The notes under the pieces: generated by a model | Seen by the model: only the letters and a program-made list of their open reading frames with translations | What the model was told of the DNA's origin: nothing | Database searches by the model: none | Translations under genes and position numbers: made by a program | Shown here: positions 15,885 to 23,309 of the stretch, piece by piece | Numbering within the stretch: the first letter of the stretch is position 1 | How the letters are laid out: every line of letters begins with the position of its first letter | DNA from: Methanobacteriota archaeon | GTDB lineage: Archaea > Thermoplasmatota > E2 > JACPAO01 | Length of the DNA stretch: 36,961 nt | NCBI GenBank assembly: GCA_016180755.1 | Contig: JACPAO010000024.1 | Span: 1-36,961, forward strand | Direction of reading: 5' to 3'

Positions 15885-18032
15885 GTGGTCCTCCTGCGGT
15901 CCCTCTGCTTCGCCGTCGTAGCCCTGCTCCTCGTTCCCGCCGTGGCGGCGCAGGACAAGAAATGGGAGAAGGAGGACGGGCCCGGCGACATGGTCCTCAC
16001 GGTCGGGGGACAAGTGACGCCCGTCCCAGCCCCGCCGATTCGGCACGTGAACTACGGCGACCTCACCCACCTCACGATCGACGACCCGCACGAGGGCTAC
16101 ATCGAGTTCCGCCTCCGGAACCAGGCCGGTTACGTCGCGTCGCCCGGAACCTTGGGCGGCGTCGAGGAGATCATTCAGCATATCCTCTTCCAGCCTCCCA
16201 ACGCGCAGGGCTGGGCGGGGCTTGCCGTCTACAGTTCCGTTCCCGGGACCTCCCCGGCCTCCAACCCGGTGACCTCGCGGGTGAACTTCTGCACCGACAC
16301 GGATCCCGCGCGGCTAAGCTGCTTCGGCGAATCCACGCTGCCCTTCTCCGTCGAGGAGAAGGAGCTTGTCATCAAACTCCCGAAGAAGGCCCTCACCGCG
16401 GACGGCGCCCCGAAGGGCGGCCGCGCCGCGATCGTGTTCCCCGCGGCCCTTTTCGCCGGCGACCAGCTCACCCGCGTCCACGTGCGTTCGTATTCGACCG
16501 TCCCCATCGTCCTGTTCGGGAGTGGCACGGCGAGCGGCGGCCGTACGGTGACGTTCTTCGACCGTCTTCCGAACGATGGCGACGGTCCCGCGTACGTCCT
16601 CAAGCACGGCGCGAGCCCGCCCGACCTCGAGGTGAGGGTGCTCCGCGCCGGCCTCGTCGCCGGTGAGGAGACGCTTGTGCCGATCAGCATCGCGAACAAG
16701 GCCCCGAGCAAGCGCCTCCTAAACCTGACCGCGGAGGTCCTCTCGGGTGGCGAGGGATGGAAGTACGGCCTCACCCCGGCCCTCACGCTTGGATCGGGAA
16801 AGTCGGCGAACGCAACGCTCCGCATCACGGCGCCTCGCGGCGGCACCGGCGACGCGAACCGCGCCACCTTCCGCATCGCGGCCGCCATCATGAACGAGCC
16901 GGGGAGACGGAGCCTTGTGGAGGCGAGCTTCGTCGCGGGCCCGGCGCTCGACGCGGGCCGCAGCACGTTCTACCTCCATCGCGGTCAGACGGAGACGGTG
17001 CTCGCGCCGACCGCGTACGGCGAGAGCGACGCGTTCCTGAGCCGCTACGAGACGGACCCGGAGGCTCGGGACGACGCTGGGATCCACGCGGGAAAGCGCG
17101 TGGGCTCGGGGGTGTCCGGTTTCCGGTTCCCGTTCGACTTTTTCGACGGAGGAAGCCTCCGGGACGCGATCCCGAACGCGGCGAGCCTGCGGAAAGCCGA
17201 GCCCATCAAGGGCCACTTCGAGTTCGACGTGCCGATCGACCTCCAGGGACGCGCGACGTTCACGCTCACCGCGGGCGACGGAAAGGTCCTTCTCGCCTCC
17301 GGCCAGAAGGACATCGCGTTCAAGGCCGGCAAAAACGTCGTCGACATCGACGCTGCGATCGCCGGCCCCTTCGAGCGCCTCGGGCCGAGCGACCTCCTTT
17401 CCGGCGACGTCCTCCTCGCCAGCGACCCGCTCGTGGGCTTCGCCGGATATTTCGTGAGCTTCGCGGACGACTTCTACATGCTCCCCAAAACGTCGCACTT
17501 CACGATCCCCGTCGACCGCGAGGCCGAGGTCATCATACGGCCGGACCTGCCGCGCGTGAGCCTCGCCGCCGCGGAAGACACCGAAGCGTTCGTGAACCCC
17601 GGCCGCAAGACCGTGTTCGAGGTCGACCTCCTCAACGACGACACAAAAGCCCAGAACCTGGTCCTCTTGGTCGACAACAAGACCCTCGAGTGGGACGTAC
17701 AGATCCTGCCCGGAACCGACCTGCGACTTCGGGCGAACGAATCCGCCCGCCTCGGGATCATCGTCCATGCACCCGCGGATGCCAAGGAGGGCACGAAGCT
17801 CCAACTCTCGATCGCCGCGCGACTGCGCGAGACCAACGAACTTCTGTCGCTACTCCGGCTCTCCGCCCTCGCGACGAGCGGCGTCGAGATCGACAACGAG
17901 ACCTTCGAGGTCGCCGCGGAGGACGCAAGGAAGCTGGCCACCCCGGACGGACGCTCCCCGTTCCCCATGTTCGTCGCCGTTGGGGCCGTCCTCGCCGTGG
18001 CCGCCCTCCTGCGGCGCCGGTTGTTCAGTTAG
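15885..18032 (+). CDS. Secreted cell-surface protein, paralogue 2 of 4
   Basis: 715 aa from GTG 15885. The upstream part of the 838-aa track ORF overlaps paralogue 1 and is Arg/Ser-rich. Signal peptide (M)VLLRSLCFAVVALLLVPAVAAQ. It has the same motif series: YGDLTHLTIDDPHEGYIEFRLR, FFDRLPNDGDGPAYVL, KRLLNLTAE, TLGSGKSANATLRITAP, IPNAASLRKAEP, FVNPGRKTVFEVDLLNDD, APADAKEGT, TSGVEIDNETF. The C-terminus is SPFPMFVAVGAVLAVAALLRRRLFS. Confidence 0.8.
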   Translation: MVLLRSLCFAVVALLLVPAVAAQDKKWEKEDGPGDMVLTVGGQVTPVPAPPIRHVNYGDLTHLTIDDPHEGYIEFRLRNQAGYVASPGTLGGVEEIIQHILFQPPNAQGWAGLAVYSSVPGTSPASNPVTSRVNFCTDTDPARLSCFGESTLPFSVEEKELVIKLPKKALTADGAPKGGRAAIVFPAALFAGDQLTRVHVRSYSTVPIVLFGSGTASGGRTVTFFDRLPNDGDGPAYVLKHGASPPDLEVRVLRAGLVAGEETLVPISIANKAPSKRLLNLTAEVLSGGEGWKYGLTPALTLGSGKSANATLRITAPRGGTGDANRATFRIAAAIMNEPGRRSLVEASFVAGPALDAGRSTFYLHRGQTETVLAPTAYGESDAFLSRYETDPEARDDAGIHAGKRVGSGVSGFRFPFDFFDGGSLRDAIPNAASLRKAEPIKGHFEFDVPIDLQGRATFTLTAGDGKVLLASGQKDIAFKAGKNVVDIDAAIAGPFERLGPSDLLSGDVLLASDPLVGFAGYFVSFADDFYMLPKTSHFTIPVDREAEVIIRPDLPRVSLAAAEDTEAFVNPGRKTVFEVDLLNDDTKAQNLVLLVDNKTLEWDVQILPGTDLRLRANESARLGIIVHAPADAKEGTKLQLSIAARLRETNELLSLLRLSALATSGVEIDNETFEVAAEDARKLATPDGRSPFPMFVAVGAVLAVAALLRRRLFS

Positions 18033-18044
18033 CCTCACCAAACG

Positions 18045-18055
18045 GCTTATATTGG
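18045..18055 (+). promoter_or_regulatory. TATA-like box (GCTTATATTGG) for paralogue 3
   Basis: About 30 nt upstream of ATG 18077, in the 44-nt spacer. Confidence 0.45.
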
Positions 18056-18076
18056 TTCCCTCCCGCTTGGCGCTTG

Positions 18077-20233
18077 ATGCGGGCCGCCGTCCCCCTCGCC
18101 ATCCTCCTGTTGGGGCTCCTTGCGCCGGCCTCGAGCGCCCAGAACCCGCCGGCCTCTGGCGGTTGGACGCAGAGCGACAACCCCAACGACCTGTCCCTCG
18201 GTGCCTTCGGCCAGAACCTGGGACCCGCGCCGAGCCAGTGGCACTTCTCGTACCTCGACATCACAGGCCTGGCCATCGAGGACCCCGACGAGATGAACCT
18301 CGTGTTCCGCCTGAAGGTCGCCGGCGGCTTCCGGCCGGGGCCCGTCGCCGGATCCGTCCCCGGGGAATACATCCTCCACACGATCCAGTTCAAGGTCCCG
18401 GGATCCGCCGCGTACGGGGTCGTCCAGGCCATCTCCGACGGCCGCATCGACGCGCCCATGCCGACGGCGCCCACGTGGGTGGTCTTCTGCACGATGGTCA
18501 CCCTCCGGAACCGCTGCGAGAACCCGTTTGGCGGGCCGCCATCCCTCCTCGAGTTCACGATCGAGGAGGGCGTGCTGGTCATGCCGGTGCCCAAGGGCCT
18601 CATGACCCGCGACGGCGCCCACGACCGCAACCCCGCGAAGCAGCAGTTGCCCGTCGAGATCGACGCCGGCGCGGTTCTCGAGAACATCGTGGTCTCCGCC
18701 GAGGGCTCCTACTTCCTCAACCAGGTCGGTTTCGGCGTCCTCAACGGTCGGCCCGTCAGCGTCTCCGACCGGATGCCCGACGCCTCGCCGGCGCCGCCCT
18801 ACGTGCTCGCCAACGGGGCCGCCGTCCAGGACCTCGTCATGAAGGTGGATGCGCGCGGCGCCATCCTGGGCCAGGAGAGCGCCCTGCCGGTGCTGCTCTT
18901 CAACAAGGCGGCGAGCAAGCGCCTCGTGAACCTCACGGTGCGGCACACGAACCCCGACGACGCCGGCGCCTGGCGGGTCTCCATCACGCCCACGATCACG
19001 ATCGGGAGCCAACAGTACGTGAACGCGTCGCTTCGCGTCTTCCCCCCAGCGGCCGCAAATCCCAGCAAGCCCGGCAAGATCCTTATCACCGCCTCCATCC
19101 TCAACGAGGGCCGCCGCGCCATGTACGAGGCCAAGCTTCTGCCCACGCCGCCCTTGGACCGGGCCCACGCGACGTACTTCGTCCACGGCACACGCAACCA
19201 ATGGGGAAACGCGATCTGCCTTCCGGCGTGCCCCAACTACTTTGCCTACCTCAACCGGGTGGAGGAAGACAAGTCATCCGCCGACCCGCAAGGGATCCGC
19301 ATGCAGCGCGGCGGGTTCGTGAGCGAAACCCGTTTCTCCACAAGCGTCGCGACGCGAGGGTTCTTCGGGATCTACGACACGATTCCCAACGCGGCCCGCC
19401 TCAATCCCGGCGCGCCCATCAAGCTCCACCTCGAAGTCGAGGCGCCCGCGGCGTTCGCGGCGACCGCCAAGGTCCAGCTCACGACGGACGCGGGCCTCCT
19501 TGGAATCAAGGAGGGGCCGGTGACGTTCAAGCAGGGCGCCAACGGGTTCGACTTCGACCTCAAGGTCCTCAACGAGACCCTCGACGCGTCCGACGGAGGG
19601 GTAGCCCTCTACATCGAGGTGCGCGCGACCGGCGCCGACGCCCTCCTCGCGGGCGCCTCGCCTTTCGAGAGCCTCGTCCTCCTCCCGAAGGCCTCCAAGA
19701 TCCAGCTCGACCTCGAGCGAATCGTGGAGGAGCTTCCCCCGCTCGATGCGCCGAAGGCCATCCTGGCGGCCGCCGAGGACCGCGAGACGTTCGCCAACCC
19801 GGGAAGGACGACCGTATTCGAGATCGACCTGCGCAACGAAGACCAGGGTCCGCTGCGGGTCGAGCTCAAGGTCGAGGGCGAGTCGGCGCCGTGGCCGGTG
19901 ACCATCAAGCCCGGGGTCAGGTTCCAGCTCAAGGCCGGCGAGGCGGTCCGCCTCGGGGTGGCCGTGACGGTCGCCGACGCCGCCAAGGAGGGGGACCGGC
20001 TTTCGTTCCGCCTGATCGCCTTCGTCCCGGACAAGCAGGTCGTCGCGTCGGGGGTCCACCTCACGACGATCGCGACGCGCGGCATCGACATCGAGAACGA
20101 GACGTTCGTGTCGGCGGCCGAGGACGCCAAGAAGCTCGACGAGCCGGCGAAGTCGACGCCCGGCCTCCCGTTCGGCCTCGTCGGCGCCGTCCTCGCGGTG
20201 GGCGCGACCTTCGTACGGCGGCGGCGCGCCTAA
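18077..20233 (+). CDS. Secreted cell-surface protein, paralogue 3 of 4
   Basis: 718 aa from ATG 18077. The 1158-aa track ORF is an open-frame extension across paralogue 2. Signal peptide MRAAVPLAILLLGLLAPASSAQ. Motifs: YLDITGLAIEDPDEMNLVFRLK, DRMPDASPAPPYVL, KRLVNLTVR, PPLDRAHATYFVHG, IPNAARLNPGAP, FANPGRTTVFEIDLRNED, ADAAKEGD, TRGIDIENETF. The C-terminus is STPGLPFGLVGAVLAVGATFVRRRRA. Confidence 0.85.
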   Translation: MRAAVPLAILLLGLLAPASSAQNPPASGGWTQSDNPNDLSLGAFGQNLGPAPSQWHFSYLDITGLAIEDPDEMNLVFRLKVAGGFRPGPVAGSVPGEYILHTIQFKVPGSAAYGVVQAISDGRIDAPMPTAPTWVVFCTMVTLRNRCENPFGGPPSLLEFTIEEGVLVMPVPKGLMTRDGAHDRNPAKQQLPVEIDAGAVLENIVVSAEGSYFLNQVGFGVLNGRPVSVSDRMPDASPAPPYVLANGAAVQDLVMKVDARGAILGQESALPVLLFNKAASKRLVNLTVRHTNPDDAGAWRVSITPTITIGSQQYVNASLRVFPPAAANPSKPGKILITASILNEGRRAMYEAKLLPTPPLDRAHATYFVHGTRNQWGNAICLPACPNYFAYLNRVEEDKSSADPQGIRMQRGGFVSETRFSTSVATRGFFGIYDTIPNAARLNPGAPIKLHLEVEAPAAFAATAKVQLTTDAGLLGIKEGPVTFKQGANGFDFDLKVLNETLDASDGGVALYIEVRATGADALLAGASPFESLVLLPKASKIQLDLERIVEELPPLDAPKAILAAAEDRETFANPGRTTVFEIDLRNEDQGPLRVELKVEGESAPWPVTIKPGVRFQLKAGEAVRLGVAVTVADAAKEGDRLSFRLIAFVPDKQVVASGVHLTTIATRGIDIENETFVSAAEDAKKLDEPAKSTPGLPFGLVGAVLAVGATFVRRRRA

Positions 20234-20251
20234 CATTCGCCCACCGATACG

Positions 20252-20259
20252 TCTAAATC
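20252..20259 (+). promoter_or_regulatory. Weak TATA-like box (TCTAAATC) for paralogue 4
   Basis: About 29 nt upstream of GTG 20282. Confidence 0.3.
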
Positions 20260-20281
20260 CTCCGGGCACGCCCGGCGCGTC

Positions 20282-22441
20282 GTGGCGCGGGTGACCACGT
20301 TCGGCCTGGCGTTGGTTCTTGCGTCCGTCGCCTTGCCGGCCGGCGCGCAAGGCCCGCCCGAACCTTGGTCGCTCACCGACGCGCCCGACGACGTCGTCGT
20401 CGAGGCCGGCCCGGGACAGACGCCGCCCGTGGCCCGCGCCTGGTTCACGCCGTACGTCGACGTGACCTCGCTCGTCGTCGAGGACCCGGACGAGGAGTCC
20501 CTCGTGTTCAAGCTCCGGACTAGTGCAGGCTTCGCCCCGGCGGCGGCCGTCTCTCACCGGCCCGTGTTCCCGGTGGAGCACGAGATCCAGTTCTCGGCGC
20601 CGGGAGGCAATGCCGCTCTGTCCATACTCGTCGAGTCCATGGGCCGCCAGGACCAGACGCCCCTCGACCCGTTGTACGTCGTCCGCGCGAAGCTTTGCGG
20701 TGGAACGCGGCCCACGACCGGGTTGGGTGTGGGGGCCGAGACCATCTGCAACTGGCGCAGCCGGGTCGACTACCGCGTCGAGGACGGGGCCCTCGTCATC
20801 CTCCTCCCCAAGTTGGAGCTCACGAACCGCGCCGCGGAGAAGGACCAGGTCACGCAGCTCCTGCCGCCGGCCTTGGAGCCCGGGATGAGCCTGCAAGGGA
20901 TCCGCGTGCGCGCCTCGGCCAACGTCGAGGCCGTCGCGGGCGGAACGCTCGTCGGCGCGCGGTTCGTCGACCGGGCGCCCAACGCGGGCGCCGCTCCGCC
21001 CTACGTGCTGCGCCGCGGTTCCACCGTCGCGGACCTCTCCATCCACTTCGACCGCCGAGGCGTCATCGCCGGCGAAGAGAACGTCCTCCTGGTCCGCGTC
21101 GACAACACGGCCCCCCACAAGAGACTCGTCGCGTTCTCCGCGGAGGTCGAGACGACCGTCGGGGACGGCACCTGGACGGCGGAGATCACGCCCAAGGCGA
21201 CCATCCCGGCGGGCAAGACCGCCAACCTGACCCTTCGCCTGCGGACCCCGACTTCCGGCCTCAGTGGCATGTCCGCGGGGGAAATCCGCGTCGTGGGCCG
21301 CATCCTTACCGAAGGCGGCCTCGTCGCCGCGACGAGCTGGTCCTTCACCGCCAGCCCGCCGCTTGGGGACTCCCACAACCGGTACTTCGTGCACGGCTTC
21401 GGCGTCCAGCAGGCGGGACCCCAGGGCATTCCGCTGCCCGGAGGCCTGTTCGGATACGCTTCGGCGGCGCTCTCCAGGCACGAGTCGTGGCCTGGCGCAA
21501 AGGACGACGAGGCCCTGCCGCTCCAGCAGCCGGCCCTGAGCGGGAACTTCATGGCCGGCCTGTACGCCGCAGGCGCCGACCACATCCCGAACGCCGCACG
21601 GTTCCGGGCGGGCGAGCCGATCACCGGCACGCTCGTGCTTGACGCCCCGACCTCCTTCGACGGCTCCCTGCGGATCCTCCTGTTCTATCGGGCCAACCAG
21701 CCGTTTGCCGACAAGGCCTCCCCCGTCTCGATCCGGGAGGGACGGCACGCGTACACGTTCTCCCTGCCGCCGCTGCCGGACGCCGCGGGACTGACTCCGT
21801 CGGACGACCGCGTCGGGCTCTTCCTGCAGGTCTCCAAGTCCGGGCTCGGCGCGGACCACGTGACGGTCCTCAACCGGCTCGACCCCCTGGCGCTCGTCCC
21901 CCGCGGGTCGTTCTTCGACCTGCCGCTCGTCCGCGCCGTTCCGCGCTCCGCCAGCGGCGACCTGCCGGCCGTCTTCCTCGGCCCGACCGAGGACCTCGAG
22001 GCGTTCATCAACCCGGGCCGGCGACAAGTCATCGAGTTCGACGTGCGCAACGAGGACCCGCAGTCGCAGATCGTCACGCTCTCTGCCGAAAACGTGACGA
22101 ACGATTGGACGGTGACGGTCGCCCCCGGAACCGAGTTCGCCTTGGGGTCGAACGAGTCGGTCCGCGTCGGCTTCCTCGTCGACGCTCCCGCGGACGCGAA
22201 GGAAGGCGAGGAGTTGGTGTTCCTTGCGACGGCGCGCTCGAGCTCCGACCGACGGATCCTTTCCAACTACGCCGTCCGCCTCGTCGCGACACGCGGCGTG
22301 GACATCGAAAACGAGACGTTCGAGGCCGACGAGGACGCCGCCAACAAGCTCGCGACCAACCGGTCCACCCCCGGAGTCGGCGCTGTGGCGATTCTTTGCG
22401 TGGTATCGGGCGCCTTCACGCTGTGCCGGCGCCGCGCGTAG
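20282..22441 (+). CDS. Secreted cell-surface protein, paralogue 4 of 4
   Basis: 719 aa. Signal peptide (M)ARVTTFGLALVLASVALPAGAQ. Motifs: YVDVTSLVVEDPDEESLVFKLR, RFVDRAPNAGAAPPYVL, KRLVAFSAE, PAGKTANLTLRLRTP, PPLGDSHNRYFVHG, IPNAARFRAGEP, FINPGRRQVIEFDVRNED, APADAKEGE, TRGVDIENETF. The C-terminus is STPGVGAVAILCVVSGAFTLCRRRA. Confidence 0.85.
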   Translation: MARVTTFGLALVLASVALPAGAQGPPEPWSLTDAPDDVVVEAGPGQTPPVARAWFTPYVDVTSLVVEDPDEESLVFKLRTSAGFAPAAAVSHRPVFPVEHEIQFSAPGGNAALSILVESMGRQDQTPLDPLYVVRAKLCGGTRPTTGLGVGAETICNWRSRVDYRVEDGALVILLPKLELTNRAAEKDQVTQLLPPALEPGMSLQGIRVRASANVEAVAGGTLVGARFVDRAPNAGAAPPYVLRRGSTVADLSIHFDRRGVIAGEENVLLVRVDNTAPHKRLVAFSAEVETTVGDGTWTAEITPKATIPAGKTANLTLRLRTPTSGLSGMSAGEIRVVGRILTEGGLVAATSWSFTASPPLGDSHNRYFVHGFGVQQAGPQGIPLPGGLFGYASAALSRHESWPGAKDDEALPLQQPALSGNFMAGLYAAGADHIPNAARFRAGEPITGTLVLDAPTSFDGSLRILLFYRANQPFADKASPVSIREGRHAYTFSLPPLPDAAGLTPSDDRVGLFLQVSKSGLGADHVTVLNRLDPLALVPRGSFFDLPLVRAVPRSASGDLPAVFLGPTEDLEAFINPGRRQVIEFDVRNEDPQSQIVTLSAENVTNDWTVTVAPGTEFALGSNESVRVGFLVDAPADAKEGEELVFLATARSSSDRRILSNYAVRLVATRGVDIENETFEADEDAANKLATNRSTPGVGAVAILCVVSGAFTLCRRRA

Positions 22442-22958
22442 CCGGGCCGGCCGCCCGTAGGACCTCCTCGGCGAAGGGCCGGAGCCCGCGAGCCTCGGCC
22501 GCCGACAGCAGCGCCGGTCCGTCGAGTCGGCCGCGGTGGGCCCGGGCAAGGAGTTCCGCGCGCCATTTCCATGCCCGGTCCTGCCGTGAGGCGGCCAGGA
22601 GGTCGACGAGGGTCTCGACAAGGCCCGAAACATGGACCGTCCGGCCGGCAACGATGTAGGGGACGCCCCGGGCTTGGTGCGGGTGAAGTTCGACCGCGAG
22701 GCCTCGGCCGCGGTGGACGAGGGCCGTCCCGGCTTCGTTGAAGCCCCACTCCTTGAGGACCCCCGCGGCGCGGGCCCGGTCGGTCGAAACCTCCATGCGC
22801 GGGTGCGGATCGACGCCGCACGTGTAGAATTCGTACGCCGATGCACCGACGAGGACGACCGGGCCGGCGACCGCCTCGCGAAGGAGCGCTGCGAGCACGA
22901 TCCGCTGCTCGGGCGGCGCCCGTGCGGCAAGGGGCTCAAGCGGGTCGCTGGTCGTCAT
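22416..22958 (-). CDS. Hypothetical protein, possibly nucleotidyltransferase-fold (MNT/AbiEii-like architecture); partner of the upstream RHH protein
   Basis: 180-aa ORF whose ATG lies 23 nt inside the end of the RHH gene. The layout VVLVGASAYEFY..MEVSTD..GF....VELHP...VAGRTVHVSGLVETLVDLL resembles small NTase-fold toxins or antitoxin partners, but the catalytic acidic motif is not clean. The 3' end overlaps paralogue 4 convergently by 26 nt. Confidence 0.55.
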   Translation of the reverse strand: MTTSDPLEPLAARAPPEQRIVLAALLREAVAGPVVLVGASAYEFYTCGVDPHPRMEVSTDRARAAGVLKEWGFNEAGTALVHRGRGLAVELHPHQARGVPYIVAGRTVHVSGLVETLVDLLAASRQDRAWKWRAELLARAHRGRLDGPALLSAAEARGLRPFAEEVLRAAGPATRGAGTA

Positions 22959-23202
22959 CCTGGCTCCGCAGCTCCCCGGTGGCCGTCCGCTCGTCCCACA
23001 GCCGCCGCGCGGCTCCGCCGAGAAGCGCTACGTCCGGGCCCCCTTTGTCGCGCTCCGCCTGGATACGGGCGGCGACGAGCCAATGCTCGCGAAGGAGGAC
23101 CTCCAGGAGAGGGCTCAGGTCCTCTTCGCGCGCGCTCGCAAGCCCGCGCAGCGCGCCTTCCAACTCGCCGGACACCGAAATGGAGAGCTTTCTTACTACC
23201 AT
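22936..23202 (-). CDS. Ribbon-helix-helix (CopG/RHH) DNA-binding protein, antitoxin-like
   Basis: 88 aa. The N-terminus MVVRKLSISVSGELEGALRGLA matches the RHH beta-strand/helix pattern (K.isisLp.el.e.L). A TATA-like GCATTAATCC lies about 22-25 nt upstream on the minus strand. Confidence 0.6.
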   Translation of the reverse strand: MVVRKLSISVSGELEGALRGLASAREEDLSPLLEVLLREHWLVAARIQAERDKGGPDVALLGGAARRLWDERTATGELRSQDDDQRPA

Positions 23203-23309
23203 GATACGACTATGGTAGGATTAATGCATGGAAAAGGGCTCCGGATTGCGCCCGAGGCGATCCACAGAAACTCTTTTAACCGGCACTTCCTCCTTCGATT
23301 CTGCGAAAA

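Noticed and set aside
15516-20233. Long N-terminal extensions of paralogues 2 and 3 (the 838-aa and 1158-aa track ORFs).
   Set aside because: The extensions overlap the preceding paralogue in another frame and are low-complexity Arg/Pro/Ser sequence. Good signal peptides begin at GTG 15885 and ATG 18077, directly downstream of TATA-like boxes.
13664-22441. The four paralogues as an assembly artefact or a very recent tandem duplication.
   Set aside because: The copies differ at most positions at the protein level, and I saw no long identical nucleotide stretches between them. They look like old, divergent paralogues rather than collapsed or expanded repeats.
19274-22939. A 1221-aa ORF on the minus strand, the longest ORF in the track.
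   Set aside because: It is antisense to surface-protein paralogues 3 and 4. It is extremely Arg/Gly/Pro/Asp-rich and has no recognisable motif, signal or domain. The + strand genes have signal peptides and a motif series shared four times. This is a shadow ORF of a kind common in high-GC DNA.
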